A DNA stretch of 64,000 nt from Nitrosopumilus sp. (GCA_965238275.1 OZ250186.1:1056001-1120000); one strand, 5' to 3'; shown: positions 28,310 to 40,074, counted from the stretch's first letter. The notes: generated by a model not told the origin, from the letters alone. Translations and numbers: made by a program.

Positions 28310-28343
28310 GGAATCAATAGGGCATCTACGTAAAAAGGACACG

Positions 28344-29019
28344 CTAGACCATGCATTCCCCGCCGCACGGGCCGTCTTTCTTGTCATCAACCGGCATCTC
28401 TTCCTTGTTCTCCATGATGTCTGCAAATTCGCGCAGCGTGAGATCCCCGGGACCCAGGTTCTGTTTCCCGAAATGCTTGCTGTTCTCCTCCAACACCATT
28501 GCGCGCTTGTACAGGTCCCGGTGGTTTTGATATATGTAGGCCCACCTCTCGATGTTGTTGAACGGGCAGATATCACACCCGCTCTTGATGGGCACCGGCA
28601 GGCCAGCCTTCTTGATCAGTTCGACACACCCGGTTCGGTCAATCTTGTGGTCAATCAACGGGTACAAGTTTGTCACGTTATCCATTCCAGGCGGCTTCAT
28701 GCGCCTGACTTCGCCGTAGTCAATCCCCATGTATTGGTATACGTGCGTCTTGAGGCCGCGGTAAAAAGCGTGTATCGGCCCCACCTTCATGTCGCGCGTG
28801 CACCACCTCCAGACTTCCGACGGGATTACCCTGCGCTTCTCACACCGGTCAGACAGGGAATCGTTGTTTTTCACGCTTACCACGTGCAACTGGACGCCAT
28901 GCTTGTCAAGGTATTTTCTCATGACGTCAAGGTACGCGATGGATGCAGGGGCGTGCATGAAATCGGGCATCAGGTGCTGCCGGTTCTGGGCGCTTTGACC
29001 GATCGTATTGATCCCGAAG
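28344..29019 (-). pseudogene. PAPS reductase-like (PP-loop, Cys-cluster) protein, N-terminus destroyed by IS66
   Basis: RWCTRDMKVGPI, MGID..E..R, YPLID, KSGCDICPF; no SxGxDS motif left. Confidence 0.7.
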
Positions 29020-30140
29020 GCTGCTGCTGCTGCTGCTGCCGAAGTTGCAGGCAGAACACGACGCTGCAAGGAGATGCCTGCAGGCACTCGTCACAGAGGA
29101 CAACAAGAGGTACGCCAAGGCCAACAGGGAGCTTAACGCCAAGGCCAACAGGATTCTGACCAAGAAAAAGGCAGGCCCAAGGAAGGCCGGCAGGCCCAAG
29201 GGGCAAAAACCCACCATCAACTGCAGGCCAAAACGTCACCGTGTCGAGGATCGACTGCAAGGAATGTCCCGACTGTGGCAACGACAATCTTTCGTGACTG
29301 ACAGGTACATCGCATCGTGACTGTCATGCGCGTCATACTGGAAAACGTCAGGTAATCAAGCGGCGCTGGTGCCGCGGGTGCAAAAAACAGGTCTCTGGAA
29401 GGGTTCCCGGCGCGGCAAAACACGCGCCGTTCATCAAACTTTGATGCGGCCATGACGTTCGGTTTGTCGCATGCCAGGGCCGCAGAATTTGGCAGCGACG
29501 CGTGGGGGCACAAAATCTCGCGCCCGTCTGCATACCGCGGCCAGGCCAGAGCGCATGGCACCGAGCGTGATTCTGTAAGAAAGCGCGTGTTAGAGGCGCC
29601 ACACCTGAACGCCGAATTCCACTGGCCGTTGGGCGGCAAACGCGGCTACGGGATAGTGGCCCTGGCAAAAGACGCCTGCCTCGTGGAGGTGACCGGCTCT
29701 CGGGACATCAAGACGCTTTGCCACACACTCCCGGACTACGGTGGAACCATAACGCAGGACTCGTATGCAGGATGGCTCCACGTGGGATCCTGCCTGCCAG
29801 ATGTGCGTGTGGCATCAGGAACGCCTGGTGCAAAAGGGCCTCTATCGTGGCGCGATCCGGGGCTGGTTTGCGGAGTGGCAGCTGCACGGGCCGAACCGTT
29901 TGCAGACGATGGGCACGGCACCATCGCCAGACACAAGAAGAGGAACCCCCGGGAGGGATACTTTATGACCACCTGCCTGCACGTGGACGGCATCGAGCCT
30001 GACAACAACGCAGTGGAGAGGGTCAACCGGAGGTTTGTGGCCATAAGGAGCGACGGGGGCGGAAACCGCTCCCAGAAGGGCATGGATGCCAACTCGATCC
30101 TGTTCACGCTGCTGGCAACTGACAGGATCAACGCGAACAA
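29020..30140 (+). mobile_element. Degenerate IS66 copy related to 11523-13290
   Basis: Colinear with ~11730-13130 but with many small indels; no TIRs seen. Confidence 0.85.
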
Positions 30141-30459
30141 CACTTGGCCGTGAAGATGGGACTGCAGAATGGTATGGTGCTACAAATCCGAGAACATGAA
30201 GGCTGGATTGCCATGCGCGTGGACCCGTCGCAAGAACCGGTGACGGAGGCAGGTTCCTGCTGTCCTGTAACGGCGGCAGAAGAATCGCAACCGGCACCAA
30301 AATGGTCCAATGCAGAAGAAAAACCAATTTCCCAAAAAGAGGAACCGCCAAATAATGACAACCACATATGCGGGTTTGACGGACTCGAACCCGTCGTGGT
30401 GCTTATGTGCAGTCGTCATAAACCGCATATGGCACGGAATCACTGTAGCATGACTGGGA

Positions 30460-30640
30460 ATTATATACAAGAGTAGACGGCAGCCGCCGAAGGCGTCCCA
30501 CGTCCACTCTTGTCTTTTTCTGAAGGCAGTGAAGCTATTCGATTGGCTCTCTCGTGCACGGTGGTTTCCCGCATACATGCGCGGGGCACCGTGTGCTCCT
30601 TTCTCCTCCTAACGACGACCTTCCCGGCCGCCTTTGCGCC
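30460..30640 (-). ncRNA. Candidate omega RNA scaffold overlapping the tnpB 3' end
   Basis: Hairpin AAGAGTGGACG...CGCC-TTC-GGCG...CGTCTACTCTT at 30511-30469. TnpB guide RNAs are known to overlap the 3' end. Boundaries are approximate. Confidence 0.45.
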
Positions 30641-31828
30641 GCGCGCGGATATGTTGACCGCCGCGTTCTTGTCCGCGTGATCCTCGTGCCCGCATCTTAC
30701 GCAAATGAATATTGATTGCGAGCGCCTGGAATTTCGGTCTGAGTGCCCGCAGGCGCCGCACGTCGTGGCTGGTGTAGTGCGGCTTTACCTTGTGGAACTC
30801 CTTGTTGTGCTTTTTTGCGAACCACTCTATGTACGACAGCACCTCGCCGAGCGCGGCGTGCATTATGGTCCGGTTCAAACCAGTCTTTCCCCTGCCCTTC
30901 CGTGCCATCTGCTTCGGGTGGAGGTTCTCGATTGCTATTATTTCCGCGCATGCAAGGTTCTCCTTGACTGACTTTCTCATGAAATCCGTTCGGCGGTTGG
31001 TTGTCTTGGCGTTCTTTTTTCGGATGCGCTCCTGTTCTTTTTTCCACGCGTTGCTGCCCTTTTTACGTCTAGACTGCGCGGATTTTTTCCTGTCAATGGA
31101 GTCTCCCTTGTACCGCGTGGCGTTCTCCGGGAGCGTTACCAGGACCGACTCATTGTTGTCCAAATTATGCACGGCCATCATGTTGACGGCGCCCACGTCT
31201 ATGCCGATAATGTCGCCGTCGCGGCGCGTTGGCTTGGCCACGCGTACCTGGACGTGCAGCTCGTACGTGCGGTCCTCCGGCCTAGTTTGTTTGGTTATCT
31301 TGTGAGTCGTCTCGACTATCTGGAAAGACTTGATGCTGTTGCGTTCAATCGCGGTGCTTTTGGTCATGACATTACAGATGCCGCCCAGGTTCCAGGAGCC
31401 GTCCTTGTTGCCTGCCGGCCTTGCATAGCACCCGATGGCTGCCTGCCTTTTGCCGTCCTGCCGCTTCCTGAACAGACTGTCCGGGGACGTGTATCTGCGC
31501 TTGCGTTTTGGCCTCCATCGCTTCCCTAGGTTTGACGCGTAAAATGCCTCGACTGCCTTGCGGCCGCCGTCAATCGCGTACCTGTGCACGAACACGTTCA
31601 GGTCCAGCCAACCGTATTCATCCCGCTTTTCCTTCAATTTTGAAAACATGTCGTACTGCGTGGGCCTGGCCTCCAGCGCCTGCCGGACGCCCTCGTTGTA
31701 GCACCAGTCTGTCTGGAAATGCGCCCGCCATATGAGGCGCGATGCCTCCTTTGATTGGTAAAACGGAATGGTGAATGTCTGCGTGGTGTATGGAAAATCT
31801 TGCTTCACTGGTATGGTACTATACGGTA
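30461..31828 (-). pseudogene. tnpB: TnpB RNA-guided nuclease; +1 frameshift near 30767; 5' end abuts an IS5 element
   Basis: GIDVG, AIENL, YTS; after the shift TTCGACG...CVRCG..HADKNAAVNI, stop at 30461-63. Confidence 0.85.
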
Positions 31829-33182
31829 AACTCTGTTTCCTAATTACGCTCGACACAGATACTCGTCTGTGCAATTCTGCCTACGTCGTCGTCTTGCCCC
31901 CTTCCCTTGCAGTCCTTGGGCCGGGCTTGTAGGCTTGCACGATCCTTGGCGTGCCGTACCCGTTGTCGATTGCAGTATCGATCATCTGGTTGTACAGCTG
32001 CACCTTTCCGTATATCTCGGCCTTGACGTTCTCCCACTTGCGCGCGCTTATGCACTCGCCCAACACCCGCTTGAACGTGGAAAATACAATCTCGACTGAC
32101 CACCGGTCGTTGTACCCTGACTCCCTGCGCCACGCCTTCTGGAATTCCCTCTTTTGTTCGCGCGTGAGGCCTGCAAACTTGCGTTCTGCCGTCTTGTCCA
32201 TGCAGTCCAGGTCCCCCAGCTGCCTGAATCCTGCCTCCTTGCGGGGCATGCACCCGTTCGCCTTTCCGGCAAAGTCGATGCGGACGGGAATCAGCGGCTC
32301 GATTCCCTGCTCGTCGCAGTACCTGCGGATCTTCTGGGTGTCGTACGCGCCGTCGGCTGCCGCCTTGGTGCCTGCAGAAGTGTCTGAGTTTGGTGATTTT
32401 TTTGCATTTGCAAGGGCCTGCCCCACCAGTTCCTCAAACTGCGGAGAGTCCCCGCACTTGTCGTCGGTTATGGCCACGGCGTAGATCTTTTTGGTTTTGG
32501 CATCCACCCCGACGTGCAGCTTTATGAAGCCCCGCCTGGTCCCCCACTTTTCTGTCATCCAGTCGCCGCGGTTTGTGGGCTTGAGTCCAGTGGAGTCGAA
32601 GGCAAACAGCTTGATCTCGGCCCGGGTGCCGCCGTCTGAGAACCACGCAGAAGCCGTGCCGCTACCATCATCATTGTCTGCAACAGTGCAGCCAAGCTTG
32701 GTCATCCTCTTCTGGAACGCCGAGTACGTGGGCGCGTTTTCCTTGCCGACTATCGTCTCTGCCAGACCCTGGAGCTGCCTGTACCTTATGCCGGTGGCGT
32801 TTTTGAACAGGGATGCTGCTGCAAAGCACGCGTTTGAAAATACGTACGGGCGGCCTACCTTCCCGCAGTTTAGCTTCTCGACCCCCTGAGTCAGGATCTC
32901 CGGGCTTATCTGGAGCGTCCACAACTGGCCGCGGTCTATGTACCTGCGGTCATCGTACTGGAACCGGCGTTCTTTGGATTTGAAAGATTTTTTAGCCTCA
33001 TGCGTGCCCGTTTTGTCTGGAGAGGATGTGTTTTCAGTCATGGCGATAACCTGACTGTCTGCACACCTCTCTGATCAATACGGTTTTCTATTGAAGATGT
33101 TTGATATTGTGTTCAAATTCAACTGATCTGGCCTAATTCTGAACCTGTTGGGTGTGACTGGCGATAATTAGGAAACAGAGTT
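31829..33182 (-). mobile_element. IS5-family (IS903-like transposase) element, copy 1; no TSD
   Basis: TIR AACTCTGTTTCCTAATTA; near-identical to 40168-41521. Confidence 0.9.
31881..33041 (-). CDS. IS5-family transposase (386 aa)
   Basis: FDSTG, FIKLHVGVD, ADGAYD, GYNDRWSVEIVFS. Confidence 0.9.
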   Translation of the reverse strand: MTENTSSPDKTGTHEAKKSFKSKERRFQYDDRRYIDRGQLWTLQISPEILTQGVEKLNCGKVGRPYVFSNACFAAASLFKNATGIRYRQLQGLAETIVGKENAPTYSAFQKRMTKLGCTVADNDDGSGTASAWFSDGGTRAEIKLFAFDSTGLKPTNRGDWMTEKWGTRRGFIKLHVGVDAKTKKIYAVAITDDKCGDSPQFEELVGQALANAKKSPNSDTSAGTKAAADGAYDTQKIRRYCDEQGIEPLIPVRIDFAGKANGCMPRKEAGFRQLGDLDCMDKTAERKFAGLTREQKREFQKAWRRESGYNDRWSVEIVFSTFKRVLGECISARKWENVKAEIYGKVQLYNQMIDTAIDNGYGTPRIVQAYKPGPRTAREGGKTTT

Positions 33183-33608
33183 CGCATATGCAGTACAATT
33201 AATATGATGAATCTTAATGTCTGATGCTTTGGGAATGTTGTGATAAATTGCAAATCTGTCTTGCATGAAATACGAACGCCTGACTTGTTAAAAAATTAAA
33301 CTATTCAGTAACATGATCGTGCTGTTGTTTCCCATTCACCGTCAAGGCGGCATTTGGCCATCCGTATACCATGGGTCACTCTTTTGCACGCCATCATAAG
33401 TGGCAAGTTCTTGCCGACTCCCAGGTCCGACAGGGTAAATGCCATGGTCACCGCTAACGGCAACACATGGCGTCTTCGGCGCGTCGCTAAAGGTGTTTCT
33501 CGGGGATGGCAGTCGGTCGTAAAATCAGTCAGTTGACGCAAAAAGAGTCAGTCAGGTATAGTTTTTTTGACACGCCCTGTAATTAGACGATTCATCCACC
33601 AATAACAC

Positions 33609-33839
33609 ATGGCCAAATACGAGGAACTCATCCATAATGTAACCCGGCATGCAAGTGCGGGGGTATTGCATGACACTACAGGCGAAAAACACATGGCGAT
33701 AACAGAATACGAAGACGGCATAATTGCACTGGATGCCATCTTGAAGGATCATCCGGGACGCGGGCCGCACGATCTGTTCGTTTACAGGCGTGGCCTGTAT
33801 GCCAAACGGATTGACGTGTTGCGTGCACAGTTAATGTGA
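33609..33839 (+). CDS. Stand-alone MIT domain protein (Vps4/CdvC N-terminal-like, 76 aa)
   Basis: EL..N...A......D..G...MAIT.Y..GI.AL..IL..HP......Y..R..Y..RI..L three-helix pattern. Confidence 0.7.
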   Translation: MAKYEELIHNVTRHASAGVLHDTTGEKHMAITEYEDGIIALDAILKDHPGRGPHDLFVYRRGLYAKRIDVLRAQLM

Positions 33840-34043
33840 CGGATATTTGTCATATGTGTGGCATCTTGGATGGCTCATTGATTCAGATTCATCCAACTCA
33901 TTACCACAAAACACGCACATGTTCTCGTCCTGCCGTCTGAACCATTCATCGAGGCATACCATGTGTACGTCACCGCTCCCACCATCGCCGGCATCTTTGT
34001 CTGGATATATCTCCCTGTCGCAAAACATGCATGGGCCTAGCAT
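33831..34043 (-). CDS. Small double zinc-finger protein (family member 1)
   Basis: CMFC...HMVCLDEWFRR....CVFCG...Y.KYP. Confidence 0.7.
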   Translation of the reverse strand: MLGPCMFCDREIYPDKDAGDGGSGDVHMVCLDEWFRRQDENMCVFCGNELDESESMSHPRCHTYDKYPSH

Positions 34044-34441
34044 GCAGACAGATGTATACGGTACGTAAAAACACCTTGGCTGTGTCAAAATAACGGATGC
34101 CGGTATTCATGGCCAACAACATCCAATAGAAAGCATACATATGCTGACGCGTAGCTTGTTGAACACATGATAACCCTGCCCACCACGTGTGACGGGCTGA
34201 CCCCTGACTGTGCATGGTCACAAAGACCTGGTCTTTGAATGGGGCTATCCGAGCTGCCGTGTTACTGGACTTTGAGTCTAAGAGGCGGCAGACGCAGTTC
34301 AGCCGGGGAGCCGCAGCAGGAGACGCAGGTGATGCTCCAAAGGGCGCATGTTCACGTTTCTCAGGTACCGGGGCATGCCGCCGCACGATGACGCAACCGA
34401 GCTGGAGATACACGGCACTGTACAGGAACGCGCAACACCAG

Positions 34442-34520
34442 AGACGTAATCCGTAATTAGTCGTTAGGCACAAAGTGGGAATAGATGCTAGGCACGAAAT
34501 GACCCAAAACTGCCTATTAC
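34442..34520. mobile_element. 90-bp MITE, truncated by an IS66 end
   Basis: Identical to 54871-54949. Confidence 0.85.
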
Positions 34521-35160
34521 GTAACTGTGTAGTTTTTTGATCAAATGGTGAATTCCATGCCTACAAGATCCTCCGCACTATGTATTTTTTTCAAACATGG
34601 AACCAGATTCTCGCGCAGGACCGTGCATAATCAACGATCATCGTCCCCTTGCCTTGCAGACGTCTGCTTGATGCTCAGGTGCGCAGCACGGCAATCGGCG
34701 TCTGCGCGCCTTCTTGGACCTGCTCCCGTTGACTGTTCTTGCGAAGAGTCAACGTACGGCCTGATGGCCCGCTCTGCCCGGTTGTTGTGGTATTCGACAT
34801 CGTCAGTCTCCAGAAACGCAAACAGGTGATCCCTTTCCCGCACCAGCCGTCGCATCCCGGCAGGTCTGTTGCAGTGCTTGCCGTCGCGGTCCTTCACGCC
34901 GATCCCGGCCTATCAGCGAACGCGATGCGACGGTCCACTTCGCACGACTCTTCTTGGTCGGCATAGCGCGGTCTGCTCCTCCCGGAATGGCACCGTCAGA
35001 CGTGCGAGTCCCACAGTAAATGCTGCGCAGCGTCCTTGCGTGCCGCCGGTAGTCCTGGCCGGATTGGCGTATCTCAGGGTGTCCTTGATGTACCGGGCTG
35101 TAATGCAGGTCAGGCCACTTTTGGTGCATGGATCCTATGACGCATTTTCCACGCTCACCC
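34521..35160 (-). mobile_element. Degenerate IS66 remnant (3' end)
   Basis: GTAACTG end; HLFAFLE...VEYHNNRAERAIRP in ORF 34631-34897. The far boundary is approximate. Confidence 0.7.
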
Positions 35161-35162
35161 AC

Positions 35163-36408
35163 GAGTAACATCGTGCTGTTGTTTCCCATTCACCGTCAAG
35201 GCGCATCCCGTATACCATGGGTCACTCTTTTGCACGCCATCATAAGTGGCAAGTTCTTGCCGACTCCCAGGTCCGACAGGGTAAATGCCATGGTCACCGC
35301 TAACGGCAACACATGGCGTCTTCGGCGCGTCGCTAAAGGTGTTTCTCGGGGATGGCAGTCGGTCGTAAACTCAGTCAGTTGACGCAAAAAGAGTCAGTCA
35401 GGTATAGTTTTTTTGACACGCCCTGTAATTAGACGATTCATCAATAACACATGGCCAAATACGAGGAACCATCCATAATGTAACCCGGCATGCAAGTGCG
35501 GGGGTCCTTGCATGACACTACAGGCGAAAAACACATGGCATATCCAGAATCTGACATGCCGTGCATAATTGCCTGAGGATGACCATCATTGAAGGATCAT
35601 AAAGTTGATCCCGTACCTGGAGTTTGGCAGTTGCCAGGCGGGCCTGTCCTGCCGGACACGTGTCTTCTTGCACAGTTCCTGCAGCGGATCTTTACTGTCA
35701 CCTTGATGTGCTCTAGTTCCATCATCCGGGACGCGGGCCCCTGGCACAGCTTGGATGGCTCATTGATTCAGATTCATCCAACTCATTACCCAAAACACGC
35801 ACATGTTCTCGTCCTGCCGTCTGAACCATTCATCGAGGCATACCATGTGTACGTCACCGCTCCCACCATCGCCGGCATCTTTGTCTGGATATATCTCCCC
35901 GCGCAAAACATGCATGGGCCTAGCATGCAGACAGATGTATACGGTACGTAAAAACCCTTGGCTGTGTCAAAATAACGGATGCCGGTATTCATGGCCAACA
36001 ACATCCAATAGAAAGCATACATATGCTGACGCGTAGCTTGTTGAACACATGATAACCCTGCCCGGACGTGTGACGGGCTGACCCCTGATCTGTGCATGGT
36101 CACAAAGACCTGGTCTTTGAATTTGGCTATCCGAGCTGCCGTGTTACTGGACTTTGAGTCTAAGAGGCGGCAGACCTTCAGCCGGGGAGCCGCAGCAGGA
36201 GACGCAGGTGATGCTCCAAAGGGCGCATGTTCATGTTTCTCAGGTACCGGGGCATGCCGCCGCACGATGACGCAACCGAGCTGGAGATACACGGCACTGT
36301 AAAAATAGTTTCAAAAAAAACTACACCAGAGACGTAATCCGTTTAGTCGTTAGGCACAAAGTGGGAATAGATGCTACGGCACGAAATGACCCAAAACTGC
36401 CTATTACG
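35163..36408. repeat. Degenerate second copy of 33306-34520 (MIT and zinc-finger genes frameshifted)
   Basis: Numerous indels; scrambled 35540-35750. Confidence 0.85.
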
Positions 36409-36418
36409 GATTATGTCT
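36330..36418. mobile_element. MITE (89 bp) at the break of a cognate-family transposase
   Basis: AGACGTAATCCG...TTACGGATTATGTCT. Confidence 0.85.
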
Positions 36419-37268
36419 CTGGTATCCACTGTCTAGGAGCTCTCTGACCTTGGTCCTTTTCTTGTCCTTGCCCCCGTCCTTGCATGGAAGATTCTCTGGG
36501 AATGTCGGGTGCTTTTTTTTGAATACCGCAAAGTCATGGATCTTGCCCGGGGAATGCCTGGTCTTGTGGAGGATGAGGCCGTCCGTGGCTGGCGTGTACT
36601 GGACCTTGGACGTGTGCCTGTGTGCCTTGCCCGAGTAGTGGGACTTTTCCATGTCCTTGCGCTTGGGGCGCTGTATCTGCTGCTCGGAGGCATCAATCAG
36701 GGCAGTCAGGCCCGGAATGATCTCATCAAGATCGTCAAGCGTCTTGGTGGCCTTGATGTCAGAGTATATCTTTGACGGAAGCGGAACGCACTGCCGGATC
36801 GACGGCTCCAGTGCCCCCATGCTGCGGGACACGCTGGCCTGACCCACATGGAACGTCAGGGCAAGAAGATCCTGCGTGGCGTATGTCCTGTAATAGAACA
36901 GGACCAGAAGAAACCTGTTTTTCAGATCCAGTTTCCACCTGCGTCCGGCGCCCATGCCGCGCACCCTGTCTCTTCTGGAGAGTCGCTTTTGCTCTGCCTT
37001 GGGGTATTTTTCTGCCAGCCGCCCTGCCACCAAATCAAATTCGGAGACTGTCAGTCCAGTGCACCGGATGAACAGATTGGGCTTTTTTGTCAATCTGTCG
37101 TACAATGACATGCTTTGACATTGGAAATCAAAATAAAACACGACTGACGTATCGTTTTGATCATTGGGTGAGCCCGAATTGACCTGTAATCCCTGCAACC
37201 GACCGGATTTGGTTCGACAATGTGCCCAATCGCGTGGTTATGCCCAATTACGGATGATGATGATGTCT
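36419..37268 (-). mobile_element. Truncated IS5-family (DDE_Tnp_4) element related to 41838-43004
   Basis: Transposase 37111->36419 stops at LDSGYQ; degenerate TIR at 37245-37268. Confidence 0.85.
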
Positions 37269-37496
37269 CATGGATCGTGACAAGAATGCCGGGCGCAGCA
37301 TCCTGGCGCGTGGGCTGTGGTGGTTTGGCCCAGTCGGATCCGCAAGTGAAGCGATGGTGGTGAGGGCTAGATCTGGGAAGCCGGATTCGAATACTTTAGT
37401 CGATGCGGATCAGTCAAGTCGCGGGTCACCGTAACTTTACAGAGCCGCCACTGAACAACATTAATGAATCGCGGCGTTTCACATGGCTTGTTGGTT

Positions 37497-38309
37497 ATGG
37501 CAAGCATGATCTCCATACTGGAATCGGACGGAATCTACACTGACGAGAAGACCGTACGCGGCATATTGGAAATGGGGGAAGAGTCGTTCCATCTTTTGGC
37601 ACAACTTGCGACAGATGATGAGTACTGGAACGATCTGGATGATGACAGCTTGGTTCCAATATGTGCAATACATATTCTGGCCAAGATGAAACATTACAGG
37701 GCGCAGCTGGTCATAAACACAGCCATCATAAAGCATTATGAAGAAACCGGCGACTGGCTGACCGAGGACATGCCGTACGTGCTGGCACACATGGGGGTCG
37801 GTGCCATACCGACGTTGACTGCCCTCATGCGGTACGATGGTGCCGACATATTCGTGCGAGGCGGCACGGCAGGCGCGTTGATTATGATCGCCATGGACAA
37901 TCCGGAGGTAAAATCTGGCATAGTTGCATCGATAAAGGATGCCGCACAAAACGAGGCAGACATTGTAACAAGGACCGTACTTGTCAATGTCCTGCTGGAC
38001 CTGAAAGATCCCGACCTGTACGGATACCTAAAGGACTCGTTGGAGACAGGCTTTATCCTAGATGATTATTTCGATCTGGATTATCTTGACGGCGCATATG
38101 CTGGCACGTTCAATCCATCACGCGGGGTTCCAATGGATCCCCTGTACATTTTCTCGTATTCCGATGAGAACCCATACAAATATGCGGACGGCGACAGAGG
38201 CAGTGCCGGGCCACACACAATCCCGAAGGTAGGCAGAAACGAACGCTGCCCCTGCGGTTCGGGGAAAAAATACAAAAAATGCTGTCTATCCATGAGACAT
38301 AATCCGTAA
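37497..38309 (+). CDS. DUF1186/HEAT-repeat-like protein with C-terminal SEC-C motif
   Basis: [18 protein letters not shown]; [20 protein letters not shown]; the tail RHNP* comes from the MITE. Confidence 0.85.
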   Translation: MASMISILESDGIYTDEKTVRGILEMGEESFHLLAQLATDDEYWNDLDDDSLVPICAIHILAKMKHYRAQLVINTAIIKHYEETGDWLTEDMPYVLAHMGVGAIPTLTALMRYDGADIFVRGGTAGALIMIAMDNPEVKSGIVASIKDAAQNEADIVTRTVLVNVLLDLKDPDLYGYLKDSLETGFILDDYFDLDYLDGAYAGTFNPSRGVPMDPLYIFSYSDENPYKYADGDRGSAGPHTIPKVGRNERCPCGSGKKYKKCCLSMRHNP

Positions 38310-38382
38310 TGAACGATTTGTCGTGAATCTGTGCCTAGCACCCACGTCCACTTTGCCTAACTGCTAATTACGGATTATGTCT
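38295..38382. mobile_element. 88-bp variant MITE with the same TIRs
   Basis: AGACATAATCCGTAAT...TAATTACGGATTATGTCT; diverged interior. Confidence 0.85.
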
Positions 38383-38593
38383 CAGGAGTTCGTCAAGACC
38401 GGCACGGCAAAATACGTGGAATACGCGTGTCCGCTCATGCTGTTTACGGCCGCCGCGGCATTCATGTTGTTGTTGGCACATGCTCACATTGCGATCTTGG
38501 TTGTATAGCTGCAGGATCCGCAAACTATCTCTGCTATCCCACGGTTCACGTATTCACGGGTTTCATGGTCGGTGATGCGCATGCATTCGACAC

Positions 38594-38661
38594 GGCACTG
38601 TTCAGAATTGTGGATCAAGGGTCAAATCATACCGGCCAGATCACCAAAAATGAACAGTGCC
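38594..38661. mobile_element. 68-bp GGCACTG...CAGTGCC mini-element
   Basis: GGCACTGTTCA inverted at both ends; its right half recurs inverted at 39887-39912. Confidence 0.7.
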
Positions 38662-38992
38662 GTATTCTCGAACCGCCCGTGGCACGTTTCGACAACGTTC
38701 AACCCGTCCCCACACGTCACATCAAACGCGCCGTGGAACCTGTGCCGCCCGTCGTACATCTTTTGGACAAACCTCTCTTCTTCTGCTGGATAGCGCCCGC
38801 CGTGGTACATGCCGCCGTCCTAGAAATCGAACACCAACACGTCCAGGTTCACAACATCACCGTAATTCAGTTTGAGCTTCTGAATCAAGGACAGGACGGC
38901 GTGGGCGGATCCTGCCTGTCAGGCTGGATCTTTTACTTCTGTGTTAACTGACCCTGGAAGAATTATTATATATACATGGAGAAAAACATTCA

Positions 38993-39841
38993 ATGATTGT
39001 AGTGACGAACAAACAACGCACGTTGTTGATGGCAATCGCCATAATCGCCGTCGCAGGCGTGGCCGTCATCATCATCATCACCACCACCACCACCACCACC
39101 ACTGCCACTGTCGGCTTTCTTGTCACAGATTCCTCGACTGTCACCGTCACCACCACCACCTACAACCCAGACATGACAGACTGGTGGGACGACATGATCG
39201 AGCACCTTGACGACGAGAAAAGCAAGATCTGGACCGAGCCAGCTTGGGGCGACGAGATATGGGTCGAAATAGAAGATCTAGGCAATGACATGTACCGCAT
39301 ATCACTGCACGGCATAGCCGCGTCCGGCCAACCCATCGTGTACACGATAACGGAGACCGCAACCGGGTACGACAAGTATGGACCGGCATTGCCTGACGGC
39401 AGCATGGATTCTCGCAGTTACATAAAAATTAATGAGGGCGAGGGAACTGCTCCAATAGAAGGCTACGCCCACATAGACCACGTACCGGTGACCCAGGCGA
39501 TTCATCCGTTTCCAATCAACAGCATCACGCACCACGCTTCGAACGACACCATAACCGTCGTCTTCGAAGGCGGTACGCACCCGTCATCCGGGGCCGTCAC
39601 GAATTTTGAATACTCCGACAGTTACGCGGTAAACGAATCATTCGCGTTTGGCTGCTACGAATCCGGGGACTATGCGTACTTGGTGTTTTACGGGTACTTG
39701 GGAACCGTCACGGTGAACAATACGACACACATGCGCCTTTTGCACTACGACGGTATGACCCAAGATCCAATGCAGTGCGCCTACCCTGACGTCATACGCC
39801 ATTCAAAGTCCGCCATTCCGGAAAATATTGACTATAACTAA
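38993..39841 (+). CDS. Membrane-anchored exported protein with Thr-rich linker
   Basis: N-terminal hydrophobic anchor; (ATC)4(ACC)6 microsatellite at ~39068-39100; terminal CAYP.VI.HS. Confidence 0.75.
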   Translation: MIVVTNKQRTLLMAIAIIAVAGVAVIIIITTTTTTTTATVGFLVTDSSTVTVTTTTYNPDMTDWWDDMIEHLDDEKSKIWTEPAWGDEIWVEIEDLGNDMYRISLHGIAASGQPIVYTITETATGYDKYGPALPDGSMDSRSYIKINEGEGTAPIEGYAHIDHVPVTQAIHPFPINSITHHASNDTITVVFEGGTHPSSGAVTNFEYSDSYAVNESFAFGCYESGDYAYLVFYGYLGTVTVNNTTHMRLLHYDGMTQDPMQCAYPDVIRHSKSAIPENIDYN

Positions 39842-39946
39842 AATGATGAACGGCAGAAAGATCGGCTTGATTGCATTGGTACCCGTGGCACTGTTCATTT
39901 TTGGTGATCTGGCTTGCATGGGTTGACAGGGTTTAACTATGACCCA

Positions 39947-40074
39947 TAGTCGTGGCCATAGCAATCCTGACACCTGCCAGCCATTAATCCGGAAAATCCC
40001 ATAGATGAGTCCTCAGAATGGTCTCAAAAATGATTTACAAGAACCCATTATTTCCTGACATTGCAGCATAATAG
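39947..40074. repeat. 128-bp dispersed non-coding repeat, copy 2
   Basis: Matches 13840-13967. Confidence 0.85.

Larger units (their letters stand above)
33306..34520. repeat. ~1.2-kb segment duplicated at 35163-36408 (this is the intact copy)
   Basis: Long exact stretches are shared, including the terminal MITE. Confidence 0.9.

Noticed and set aside
30144-30476. 110-aa ORF between the IS66 relic and tnpB
   Set aside because: No recognisable motif and an ambiguous start at an element junction; cannot support it.
38941-39210. Poly-His ORF
   Set aside because: Alternative frame of the (ATC)n(ACC)n tract in the 282-aa membrane-anchored gene.
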